From positions 170,308-234,307 of the forward strand of contig PFRS01000001.1 in the NCBI GenBank assembly GCA_002788675.1: 64,000 bases of DNA, in the 5' to 3' direction. The position numbers were made by a program, and so were the translations under genes. The stretch comes from Candidatus Pacebacteria bacterium CG_4_9_14_0_2_um_filter_40_15 (lineage in GTDB: Bacteria; Patescibacteriota; Microgenomatia; UBA1400; PJMF01). Shown here piece by piece: positions 48,701 to 60,700 of this stretch. The notes under the pieces are model-generated. The model saw only the letters and a list, made by a program, of their open reading frames with translations. It made no database searches and was not told where the DNA came from. Numbering within the stretch: position 1 is the first letter of the stretch; the number at the start of each line of letters is the position of its first letter.

Positions 48701-51700
48701 CAAATATTCTTAACTTCTTTACCAATAACACTGAGCAAGTGCGTATCGCATCGGATGGCAACGTCGGCATCGGCACCACAAACCCTCAAGAAAAATTAGA
48801 TGTCTTGGGTGATGTGCGAATTAGAAACACTTCAACTAACACTTATTACTTTAACTACAACACCGTGCATGGTGATGGCCGCCAAGAGCTAGAACATATT
48901 GGCGCTGGAGGAACTAGTAGAGTTTTCGAGGCAAATGGTGGTAGAGCCATAGGATTTGGCCCAGAATGGGGAGCATCTGCTTGGGGAATCACTGCTCCTA
49001 TCTTAACAACTTCTAACTCACTTGCTTTAGTTGGTCACATAGTAGGTGGCGGTTTGATCACGAGCGGTACCCATAAAAGTTTGCTTATTGGTACGCCAGA
49101 ATCAAGTCCCACCACAGGTTATGGTATTACTGATACTATCGACCTAGGAACAGTATCATTTGCCTCAAATACTTGGTCTGGAACTCGCCCTGCAATGAGG
49201 TATACCGCTTCTGAACACAATTTCAGAGTTAACTCTGGTACAGGAAATACTAACCCAGGAACTTCAGCTCTCTTTATTGATGCAAATGGAAACATCGGCA
49301 TTAGTTCTGAAACCCCAATCGGTTTATTCAATGTTGATGGCGCCGCCATCGGCAAAGCCCTCGTCATCCTCAATGAAACCGGCAACCAAGACATCATCGC
49401 AGCAAGTGCCAGTGGCGTAACCCGCTTCCGCGTTGCACAAGATGGCTATGTCTACGGTGAGCGCTTCACCGACATTAGCAACAGCACCTACTACGTTGAC
49501 CCTGCAGCTGTAACCACTTCTGCAATTCTTAATGGAAACGTAGGTATCGGAACAACTACAGCCAACTACACTCTCGACATAGACGGTGAACTCAATCTAA
49601 CGGATGCCATCCGTGTTGCAGGAGACGCAGGCACCTTGGGTTGGTTCCTCACTTCATCCGCTGGTGGAGTTAACACCTGGACCGACCCTGCCAGCATTAC
49701 TGGTGCTGGCTACTGGGCTGAAACAGATGGCGTGCTGCATCCAAAGTCTCCTTATACCAGTGTTGTCGACCTCGCTCTTGGTGGAAATTCTACTGCGAGT
49801 GCAAATATTCATCTTCAATCTAATGGTAAAGCTTACTTTGCGGGGAATGTGGGCATTGGTACTAACTCTCCTATCGGCCTTCTTAACATCGAGGGAGCCG
49901 CCACTGGCAAAGCCCTAGCCATCCTCAACGAGACAGGTAATCAAGCAATCTTCACCGCAAGTGCAAGTGGCGTCAGTAAGGTTACTATTGCTAACTCTGG
50001 TAATGTTGGTATTGCAACCACAGCTCCTCAAGAAAAGTTGGTTATTGCGTCTACTGCTGATCAAAATACTAGATTACATCTAAAAGAGACGGGGATAAGC
50101 TGGTCAAGACCAATCGACGGCTTTTACGGATGGTCGTCCACAGCGGGATCAACTTCAATTACCTCAGATAATGATGTGAGTAACACTCCTGCCCTGACTT
50201 ACAATGCTTATACAAATCACATCTTCCAAGTAAACCAAGGCACACTCTCTCAAGGATTGTTTATTGGAAGAGACAGTACCAGCGGCTTTGCCAAAGTTCG
50301 TGTTGGTACAGGAAGCACGAGCGCCACATCCTCACTACTCAGTGTTAATGGTAGCGCAACTATTGGAAATGGTTACATCAGTAGTACAGCTCCAACAAAT
50401 GGCTTACTTGTTCAAGGCAATGTGGGCATTGGCCTTACAAACCCATCATATCTACTCCACGTAAATGGTGCTTCACAAATTGATACTCTGCGCATTGATC
50501 AAAACGCTAGTAATACTCGCCTTTTTACAGGTGCCACTTTAGAACTTCAATCAAATATTGGTGGAGCATCATCTGCTGTTAAGATCAGCAGAAACGGTGG
50601 AACTGCTATGAGTTCTGGTTACACATTACTTGAGCTAGGTGGATCCGATATTGCTTCCATGCCATCAGATGGATACTTACTAAAAGCGTATGATAAATTC
50701 GTTATTCAGGGTTCTGGCAACGTCGGTATCGGCTCAATCACCCCTGCCTACAAACTCGACGTTACTGGCGACATTAATTTGACCGGTGCCCTTCGAGTAG
50801 CTGGCGATGCAGGTACGAGCGGGTACATTTTAACCTCAACCGGAGGCAGTGCTAACCAATGGACAAATCCAGACGATATCTTCACCGCTGGCCTCTGGAA
50901 AGAAACAAATGGTGTGTTTCATCCAAAGACTCCTTACACTGACGTTGTTGACCTTGCATTGGGTGGTAACTCGACTGCGAGTGCAAATATTCATTTGCAA
51001 TCTAATGGCCAAGCATATTTTGGAGGTAGTGTCGGCATAGGCTCCACAACTCCAGGAACAACCCTCGATGTAACAGGCACCGGCCGCTTCTCTAGCACTC
51101 TGACCGCTTCCAATGGCCTTACTCAAACAACAGGTGCTCTTAACTTGACTGCTACCAGTGGAGCTCTCAGCTTATCTGGACTAAGTGCTTCTTCTATAAA
51201 TACTGGCGCTAATGCTCTTACCTTTACATCTAGTAACTTCAACACGACTGGTACTGGTATCAACACCACAAACATTGGTGCTACTACAAGAGGTACCGGT
51301 GCATTCACAACTCTTGCTGCTAATAGCACAGTTACTCTTACTGGAGTAGCAACTGGCACAGACAACACCGTCCTCGTTCTTAACGGTTCTAACCAAGTGA
51401 TTAGTGATGAAATTGATCCTAGAGTCTGGGGTACTACTTTAGTTGATGGTTCTGGTACTACTAACTATCTACCTAAGTGGACTCCAGATGGAGATTCACT
51501 TGGCAATTCTATTGTCTATGACAATGGTACTAATGTAGGAATTGGAACAAACAATCCAGGTGGTAAATTGACAGTTGCAGGATCAACAGGTATTTCGAGA
51601 TCTGTAAATATTGATAATAGTGAAATTAAATTTAGAGGTGATGGAGTTGCTCATATCTCAATATTTGGCCCAGATACAGGCAGATCAAATCTTCAAATTA

Positions 51701-54700
51701 ATGTGACGAGTGCAAGCGCTCTTATGGGAACAATTGGAACAAATATAGCAACCTTTGCAACTACTGGAAATGTCGGTATTGGAACAACTGTCCCAGGAGC
51801 TAAGTTAGCAGTTTCAGGGGGGAATATCTTACTTGATGCTGCTCAATGGATTGGTACTGGAATTGGAAATGGGCTTGAGTTAGGTTCTGGATCAACATAT
51901 ACAGCAAACAACGCTTTAGGTAACGTTCTGGTTAATATAGATAGTAACAATAATGCTACAGCCTCATATTTTGCAGTCGCAAAGGATAACACTGGAACTT
52001 CAGGAACTGAGTTATTTAGAATACAAGAAAATGGTAACGTCGGCATCGGCTCCGCAACTCCAGCATACAAACTCGACGTCGTCGGTGACGTCAGTCTCTC
52101 AGGTGCAATCCGCGCCGGAGGTGATGCTGGATCTAGCACTTTCCTACTCACTTCAAGTGGTGGCGGTGTTAACACATGGACAGATCCTGCTGACCTAACC
52201 GATGCAGGTCTTTGGAAAGAAACAAATGGCGTCTTCCATCCAAAAACTCCTTACACTGATGTTGTTGACCTTGCACTTGGTGGTAACTCTACTGCGAGTG
52301 CAAATATTCATTTGCAATCTAATGGCCAAGCATATTTTGCTGGCAATGTAGCAATTGGCACCACCAGCCCAGTTTCTATTGGCGGAGCACAAGTACTTAA
52401 TGTGTATGGTACAGGTGGAGCAAATGTAGTATTAGGCGGCAATAATGGTGTGGTTGGAGGTACTGCAGGCTCTGTTCAGTATGGTGGTAGAACTGCTATT
52501 TACTTTTCAGTTGGTAACAATAACTATGTTAATGGTAACGACAGAGTTGCTACAATTAACGCCAGTGGAAACTTTGGAATCGGCACCACCTCACCAATCG
52601 GCAAGCTCAATGTAGAAGGCGCAGCAATTGGCAAAGCCCTCACCATCCTCAACGAAACCGGAAATCAAGATATCCTGGCTGCAAGTGCTAGTGGCACAAC
52701 TCGCTTCCGCATTGCTCAAGATGGACACGTCTATGGCGAGCGTTTTGTTGACATAAGTAACAGTAGTTACTTTGTTGACCCTGCTGCAGTTACAACATCA
52801 GCCATTCTAAACGGTAATGTAGGTATTGGAACAACTACCGCTAACTACACACTTGATGTTGATGGTGAACTCAACCTCACGGATGCTCTGCGCGTTGCAG
52901 GAGATGCCGGCACAAGTGGCTACTTCCTCACATCTTCCGCCGGCGGAGCTAACACCTGGACAGATCCAGCCAGCATCACCGGAGCTGGTTTTTGGGATGT
53001 TACTTCAAATGTACTGCATCCTAAGTCTCCATACACCGGCGTAGTTGATCTTGCAATTGGTGGTAACTCCACAGCTAGTGCAAACATTCATCTTCAATCT
53101 AACGGACAGGCATACTTTGCAGGAAATGTTGGCATTGGCACCAGCACCCCAAACACAGCAAAACTTGTACTAAGAAATTCTAGCACTGAAGATATCTTTA
53201 ACGCATTTGATGCCGGTACGGAAGTGATGACTATTATAGATGGAGGAAATGTTGGTATTGGCTCTATAGCTCCAGGAACAACCTTTGATGTAACAGGCAC
53301 AGGTAGATTCTCAAGCACCCTGACACTTAACGGCGTAGCAGCTGGCACAGATAACACTGTCTTAGTTCTCAATGGCAGTAACCAAGTAGTACAAGATGAA
53401 ATTGATGCTAGAGTCTGGGGCACAACTCTTATAGATGGATCTGGAATTGCTAACTATGTAGCCAGATTCACTGATGCAGACACTCTCGCCACAGGCGTAC
53501 TCTATGATAATGCAACAAATGTTGGTATTGGCAGCACCTCACCAACAAGCAAACTCGACGTCCTTGGCGCCATCAACGCCAGCGCTGGCTACTACTATGG
53601 TGGAACTGGTTCTCCACTTTCTGTTGAACTGACTCGCACCGTTCCAACTACTGTTGATGACTATGTTGAAATTGGTAACTTTAATTTAGCAAATGGCGCA
53701 CATAACTATAGAATATCTGTAACAGTATCAGATACAGCCTTTTCAGTTTCAAAACAATATATTGTTCCAGTTAACTATAACGGTACCGCTAACACCTATA
53801 AAACACTTCTTCCAACTGTTGATGGAGGAGCTTATTCAGGAAATAACTACGAAGTTGACCTGAATTCAAACGCAAACGTAGCAACGTTACGCATCAGAAG
53901 AACACAAGGTACAACAGCTGGAACTGCTTACGTAAGAATTGAATCAGTCGGCAAAACAACAGATGTCTTCACAGCCAGCTCTGCCACCGGCAGCACTACT
54001 GCTCCAACCGCTTACTACAACCCACTAACTCAGAATGTGGCTACTGGTAATGTGGGTATTGGCACTGCTTCACCTTCAGAAAAACTTGAAGTATATGGCT
54101 CAGCTGCAAATATTGAAATCACAGCTTCCTCTGGAAATGGCGGCATTCGATTTGCCAATGCTGCTGGTCGTTTCCAAACATATTTAGATGGTTCAACAAA
54201 CAACTATGTTATAGATAGTCTAAACGGCGGCATCAGCCCAAGTTTAGCAGTCGCATACACAACTGGCTATGTCGGCATCGGCACCACCGCTCCAGCAACC
54301 CAGCTCGAATCAAAATCACTCACAGGTGTTAACAACTACTTCCGCCTTAACACCACCGATGCTGATAACGCCACCTCTGCAAATCACCTTCAGTTTGCAG
54401 AAGCAGATGTGGTCAAATGGGACCTCAAAACCATCGGAAATAACGCAGATCGGCTGATTTTGGATAGTGCTAGTGTTAGTGATGTTATGACTTTCAACCA
54501 AGATGGAAATGTTGGAGTTGGAACTACAGCTCCAGCAAATTTATTTGAAGTAAATAATGGCATCCTGTCAATTAAAAATGATTCAACCTCACCAGAACTC
54601 AGAATAGAAAGAGTTGGCTATAATTACTGGAGATTCTTTAACTCTGCCGGTCATTTTTACACTCAACCAAGTAGCGGCAGCTCAGACTACTCAATTCGAG

Positions 54701-57700
54701 ATGCATCAAATACTAGTTTATTTATAGTTAAAGGAAACGGAAATGTTGGTATTGGCACCACGGGACCAGGTGCACGCCTAGACGTTTCTGGCAGTGGCAC
54801 AAATAGTAAATCTCTCATCCTGCGATCTGGAGAAGGCACCTCTGGATTTGGAGACAGCGAGCAAATCCAATTTGCATACAATGGCGGAATCGAATATTCA
54901 CAAGCTATTCGAACACGCCATAACTCCTCTGCCGACAGTGGCAACTCAATCGATTTCTACACCTGGGACTTCGGCACCGATGCTGTTGGCGATGCAGGCA
55001 CCCTCCACTCCATGAGTATCAACGGTGGCAACGTCGGCATCGGCTCCCTCAACCCAACAGCAACCCTGGATGTGGTCGGTTCAATCAACTTCAACGCCAC
55101 CACCATAACCTTCGACGACACCAACCTCAGTTCTGCCATAACCCTAACAGACGTGGATACAGGCTTTGACAGTGCCGACACCGGCATAGTCGACGCCATT
55201 AACACTGCGTACAACGCAGCCATTGGCTCATCTGGTAGTGGTGGAATGTGGACAGACACAACTCCTGGTGCAGGCTCTGGAATCATCTACCCAAGCAGCG
55301 CTACCGACGACTTTGCAGTAGGTGGAACTGCCCTTGCTGCTGCCTTCTCGGTTGATGAGTCAAACAATCTTGTCAGAATTGGTGATGGAGCTGGATCAAG
55401 TGGATCACTTAATATGTACTCAAGTGGCGGTGATACTGGTTCAATAGTCTTTAATACTTCGGATCAATGGGATTTTTCAGGTGGGGATGTTGACTTCAAT
55501 CAAGGTGTCGCAATTGGTCCAGGAATTGGAGAACCTGCTACAGACAGAACACTCGCGGTCGGCACCAACTTTGCTGTAGACAATACCACCTACGAAATCT
55601 ACTCCTCAAGCACTATTACTTCACCAACTTTAACTGCAGATAGAACTTCATACGGTATGTATATGAACATGATAAACAATAAAACTGAAGACATAGCTGG
55701 TGGCTTTGATTCAGACGCCTATGGTGTGTATGGAAACGTCTACACAACTGGAACAAGCACCTTCAGAACTAACACCGGTGTCTACGGATATGCCAGAAAT
55801 GACAGTACTGCGACTGCAGATCTTGGTACCCTAACTGGTACCTCAGGTATTGCCTACCAAAATGCTATTTCTGGAACTATCCCAACAGCTTATGGTTTAT
55901 ATGGAGCAATCCAGGGTGATACTGGAGTTGGTTCAACAAGCATCATTACTCAAGCATATGGAAACTATAATCAGGTATACGCTTACAATTCAACGATTCC
56001 AACAGCATATGGTAATTTCAATAGAGTTAGAACAATTAATTCTTACTCTGGAGATATTACAAATGCATATGGAACCTACAACGAAGTTTATGTTGATTCT
56101 GACGTGGGTGGAGATATAACAAACGGCCGAGCTGGATACTTCATCACCAACAAACGCGCGACTGCAACTAACATGACCAATGCATACGGTGTGTATATTG
56201 ACGCAAATTCTGGAACCACAACCTACGGTGCAGCAATTTATGCCGATGATGTCAATGCGACCAACAACTACGGCATCTACTTGAATGCCCTCAACGCCTC
56301 AGCTCAAAACTACGGCATTTGGGGCGATTCTGGTGACTGGATTCTTGATGCAGATGGTGATGGCATCGCAGGTGGCACCGGTGCCGGTGGCGATTTAGTA
56401 CTTGGAGAAAGCCAAGACTTCGAACTCTACCACGATGGCACCAACTCTTATGTTAATAACCTGACTGGCGACCTCTATATCCAAAGTGGCAGTAATGATG
56501 TGATTTTGGCAAATACTGGAGGAAGTGTGGGTGTTGGAACAACTAGTCCTGCTGCCGTTGCTTTCTTTGGTGGTGGTAAAACGCTAAATCTATCTGATAC
56601 TTCCACAAATTTACCAAATATTAGATTGCAGAATGCAACGAAAGATTTCACACTGGGTGTAGATGGACAGGCTGCATATATGTATAGCGCAAGTGCATTG
56701 GATTATAGGTTCTATACTAGCGGAACGGAAAAATTCCGCATCGCTACCTCCGGAAACGTCGGTATCGGCTCAACCTCACCTGGCTATCTCTTCGACGTAG
56801 CCGGTGGCACCGGCATCGTTGGTCGCTTCTCTGGCAGAGTAATCGGTGCAGATGCTGTTAACTCTGATGAATTTGTTACTTTAAGCCAGCTTACGAGTGG
56901 CACTGGTTCATACTGGACCAGAACTGGCACAAACCTCTTGCCTACTACAGCAGGTGATGATGTCTACTTACCAACAGGATCAGTCTTAGGCGTAAACTAC
57001 GACCCATCAACTATTACTGGCGGCGTAGCCGCATTTAATGGGAATGTGGGAGTTGGAACAATAACTCCAGGACAACTTCTTGATGTGGTAGGAGAAATCG
57101 AGCTGGCTAACTACATCTACTTTGCAAATGCAGCTACCGAGTATCTACAATGGAATAGCTCGGACTTTATCCTTTCGGACGACCTACTGGCTGCTTCAAA
57201 TGGTGCAAGTAACCTAGGTGCAGACGCAACTCGATGGGGTGGTGTGTATGTGGGTAGTTCGAATGTACATATTGGTGCTACTGGAAATGAAGGTATCGTT
57301 GGGTACGACACTACCAACAGCTGGTTAACTTTTGATTCAAATGGAGATGGTGCTCAAGAAATGAAAATTGAGAGTGCAGGAAATGTAAGTATCGGAACAA
57401 CCAGTGCCTTAAGTGCAAAATTCTACGTGCACTCCGGAACACTCGATAACGTCGCTAGTTTTAGAAGCGGCGATGACTTAGCTCGTTTTGAAGTACGCGA
57501 TAACGATGGCGGTGGATTCTTTAATGTAAAAGATCAGTACGTTTCTATTGGTGGTGGAAATTCGTTGAGTATAGAAAACGTTAATATTGATACAGCCAAT
57601 GGAAACGTTGGTATGGGAACAACTGGTCCTGGCGCAAAACTACATATTAGTGGGGCTGCTGCAAACACCTTTATAGATGGCGACAGTGCAAGTGGAAGTC

Positions 57701-60700
57701 AGATGACCATACGAGGATACACCAACACAAACAATCGTCTCTACATCGGCTATAACACAACTTCTGATTACGCAAGAATTCAAGCAATTACAGAAGGCAC
57801 TTCTGTTCGTCCACTGGCTCTACAAGAATCTGGCGGAAATGTTGGAATTGGAATCACTGCCCCAACTGCCCTCCTCCATACTCTAGACGGAGATATTCTC
57901 TTTGATCGCGCCTCTGTTGGCATCACCCAAGATACTGCCTCGGATAGAAATGCCAGGTACCTTAGTGTTCTCCAAGATCATATCGATGTAGAAAATAGTG
58001 ATGGCGCCTATGTCATCACCGTTCCAAACACAAGCAACACTATGATGAACATTAAAATTACTGGCTATAACTACAACAGCACGTCTGGTGCATGGGAAGT
58101 CATCATCGGCGGATACTGGTACGACACCGGTGACGCATGGATAAATACCTCTGTTGAAATCAAAGGTAAAGCACCATTCAACCGTGTTCGCTTAATGAAA
58201 AATGGCACAACTCCAGTCATCGTGCTTGGTAATGATACCGATGTCGACAACTGGGATGCTCCACAGATTAATGTAGACGTTGATATTGCTGGCTACAGCG
58301 GTCAGACAGGCCTAGCTACTGGCTGGTCAGCCGCCCTCAGCACCGATATTTCTGCCCTTACCGCAGATGACGAACCAGCAATTGCCTACTACTGGAACAG
58401 TGCTGGAAACCTGGGCATTGGCACCGTTAACCCAGCTGCATTTAAACTCGAAGTTGCCGGAAATGTTGGACCAGCCGCAGATAGCTTATACAGTCTTGGC
58501 AGTGACACAGTTAGATGGCAACACATCTATGCAGACCAACTACATGTACCAACAATTACTGGTGTTGCCGGCATCTGGGACACCGACCTCGACACCGGCA
58601 TCCAACTTGAAGAAATCGCTGACGAAGACAAGATCCGCTTCGACACCGCTGGTAGCGAACGCATGATTATTGGTGCTGATGGCAATGTGGGTATTGGTTC
58701 AACCGCTCCAACCACGCTCTTAGACATTAAGGGATACAAACCAGGCGAAGCATTAGTAAAAATTCAAGATACCACTGGCACCCTCGAAGACTACGTAAGC
58801 GTCGCATCTTCATCTGGCGCACTCATGTTCCGCATGGCTCACAACGGAGATTTTTACGCACAAAAGTTTATTTCTCGAAGCAACAATGCCTACTTCCTCG
58901 AGCCATCCAGCATCGCCCATGGCGCAGCCATCTACGGAAACGTGGGCATCGGCACCAGCTCTACTCCAAATGCAAAACTGCATGTTCAAAATTCTGGTAC
59001 TGAGGATATTCTTAACCTTTTTGATGGATCAACCGAAGTCTTAACCGTCCTCGATGGTGGAAATGTGGGTATTGGAACAAACGATCCTACAACAAAACTT
59101 GATGTATACAAAGCGGCCACTGGAACTGCACTAAGAGTGGTAGGATCAGCAGCTGGAAGTACTCAAGATACCTCCATAGATTTAGCATTAATGAATGCCG
59201 TCACCGCAAATTATGGACGTATCGGCATCCAAGCGACAAACGGAGGAACAGGAATAGAGTCAGGAGATATGTATTTCAGTACGGTTCAAAATGGAACTTT
59301 AAGTGAAAAAATGAGAATTATTGGTAATGGAAATGTTGGTATAGGAACAACCGGCCCAAGCCAATTGATGCAAATAAATTCAGGTTCCGATTTGAATTTA
59401 CGCATCTCAAAATCCACTTATTCAGACAATTTTGACTTTGGTATATCCGGCCACACAGCAACCATTGGCTACACTGCAGGTACCGCTACGGATTCAAATA
59501 TTGATATTTCTACAAACGGAACCAGAAGAATGTATCTCACCGACGATGGAAATGTCGGTATTGGAGAAAACACCGCCGTGTCAGCAAAAGTTCATGTTCT
59601 TGAGGCAAGTCCACTTGGGGGAAGTGTTAAACAAATTATCCAAAACATAACCACAAATGGTTGGTCAGGATTAACATTCTGGGACGAAGGATATAGTGAA
59701 GTTTCTCGAATTCATCACTTTAACTCAAGCTGGGCTACATCTGGAGCATGGGAAACTGATGCACTTGCAATTGCTAACAACATTGAAGGAATTAACCTCG
59801 TTGCCGATGGTGCCTCTGGTGATATCGAATTCTTTACTGGTGGCCAGAACCGAAGAATGATTATTCAGAGTGATGGAAATGTCGGTATTGGAACAACCAC
59901 AGTAGTATCCAAACTTCAATCTTCTGGAGCTGCTCAAACAACCTCGCCTACTGGAGGAAGTGCAGCTGGCACTGGATTATATATTACAAATACCGACGCT
60001 AATTACGGAATGATGTTTGGTGTTTCAAGCAGTGGTACTGGCTGGATTCAACAACAAAGAAGCAATGCTGTTAATACACAGTATCCTTTATTACTCAATC
60101 CAATTGGTGGAAATATAGGTATTGGAACAACCACAACAAATCAAAAACTTACTATTGGCGGCGCAGGTGCGGTCCTCGGTGTCGACAATACCGCAATCTT
60201 CCAAGCAAAAAACTCGGGTGGAACTTATGAATCTTTCCTTTGGCCTAGATGGAGTGATAATGTTACGTATCTTAATTACGGAACTGGCGGCTTTAATATT
60301 AGAAATAATACCAGTACATCATCTATTTTTGTTAAAGATGATGGGAATGTAGGTATCGGCAACATTACAAACCCAACACAAAAGTTGCAAGTAAACGGTG
60401 TTGGAATGTTCGGCACAGCAAACGTGAGTGAAGTTTTGTTAGGAATGACTGCCAACACAACCGGTCACGAAGGACTTTCGCTCTATCATAATGGGTCGGC
60501 AAGCTTTATTGAATCTATCGATGCTTCGGTTGCATGGCATGATATGACTTTTAGAGGTAGCAATTTCACTTTTTCATCTGCTGGTTCTGGTAATGATTTT
60601 CATATTGGTTCAAATGGAAACATTGGTATCGGCACAACTGCATCATCTGATAACAAGCTTACAATTATCAGTGATGTAACTGCTCCTTCATTCACCAACC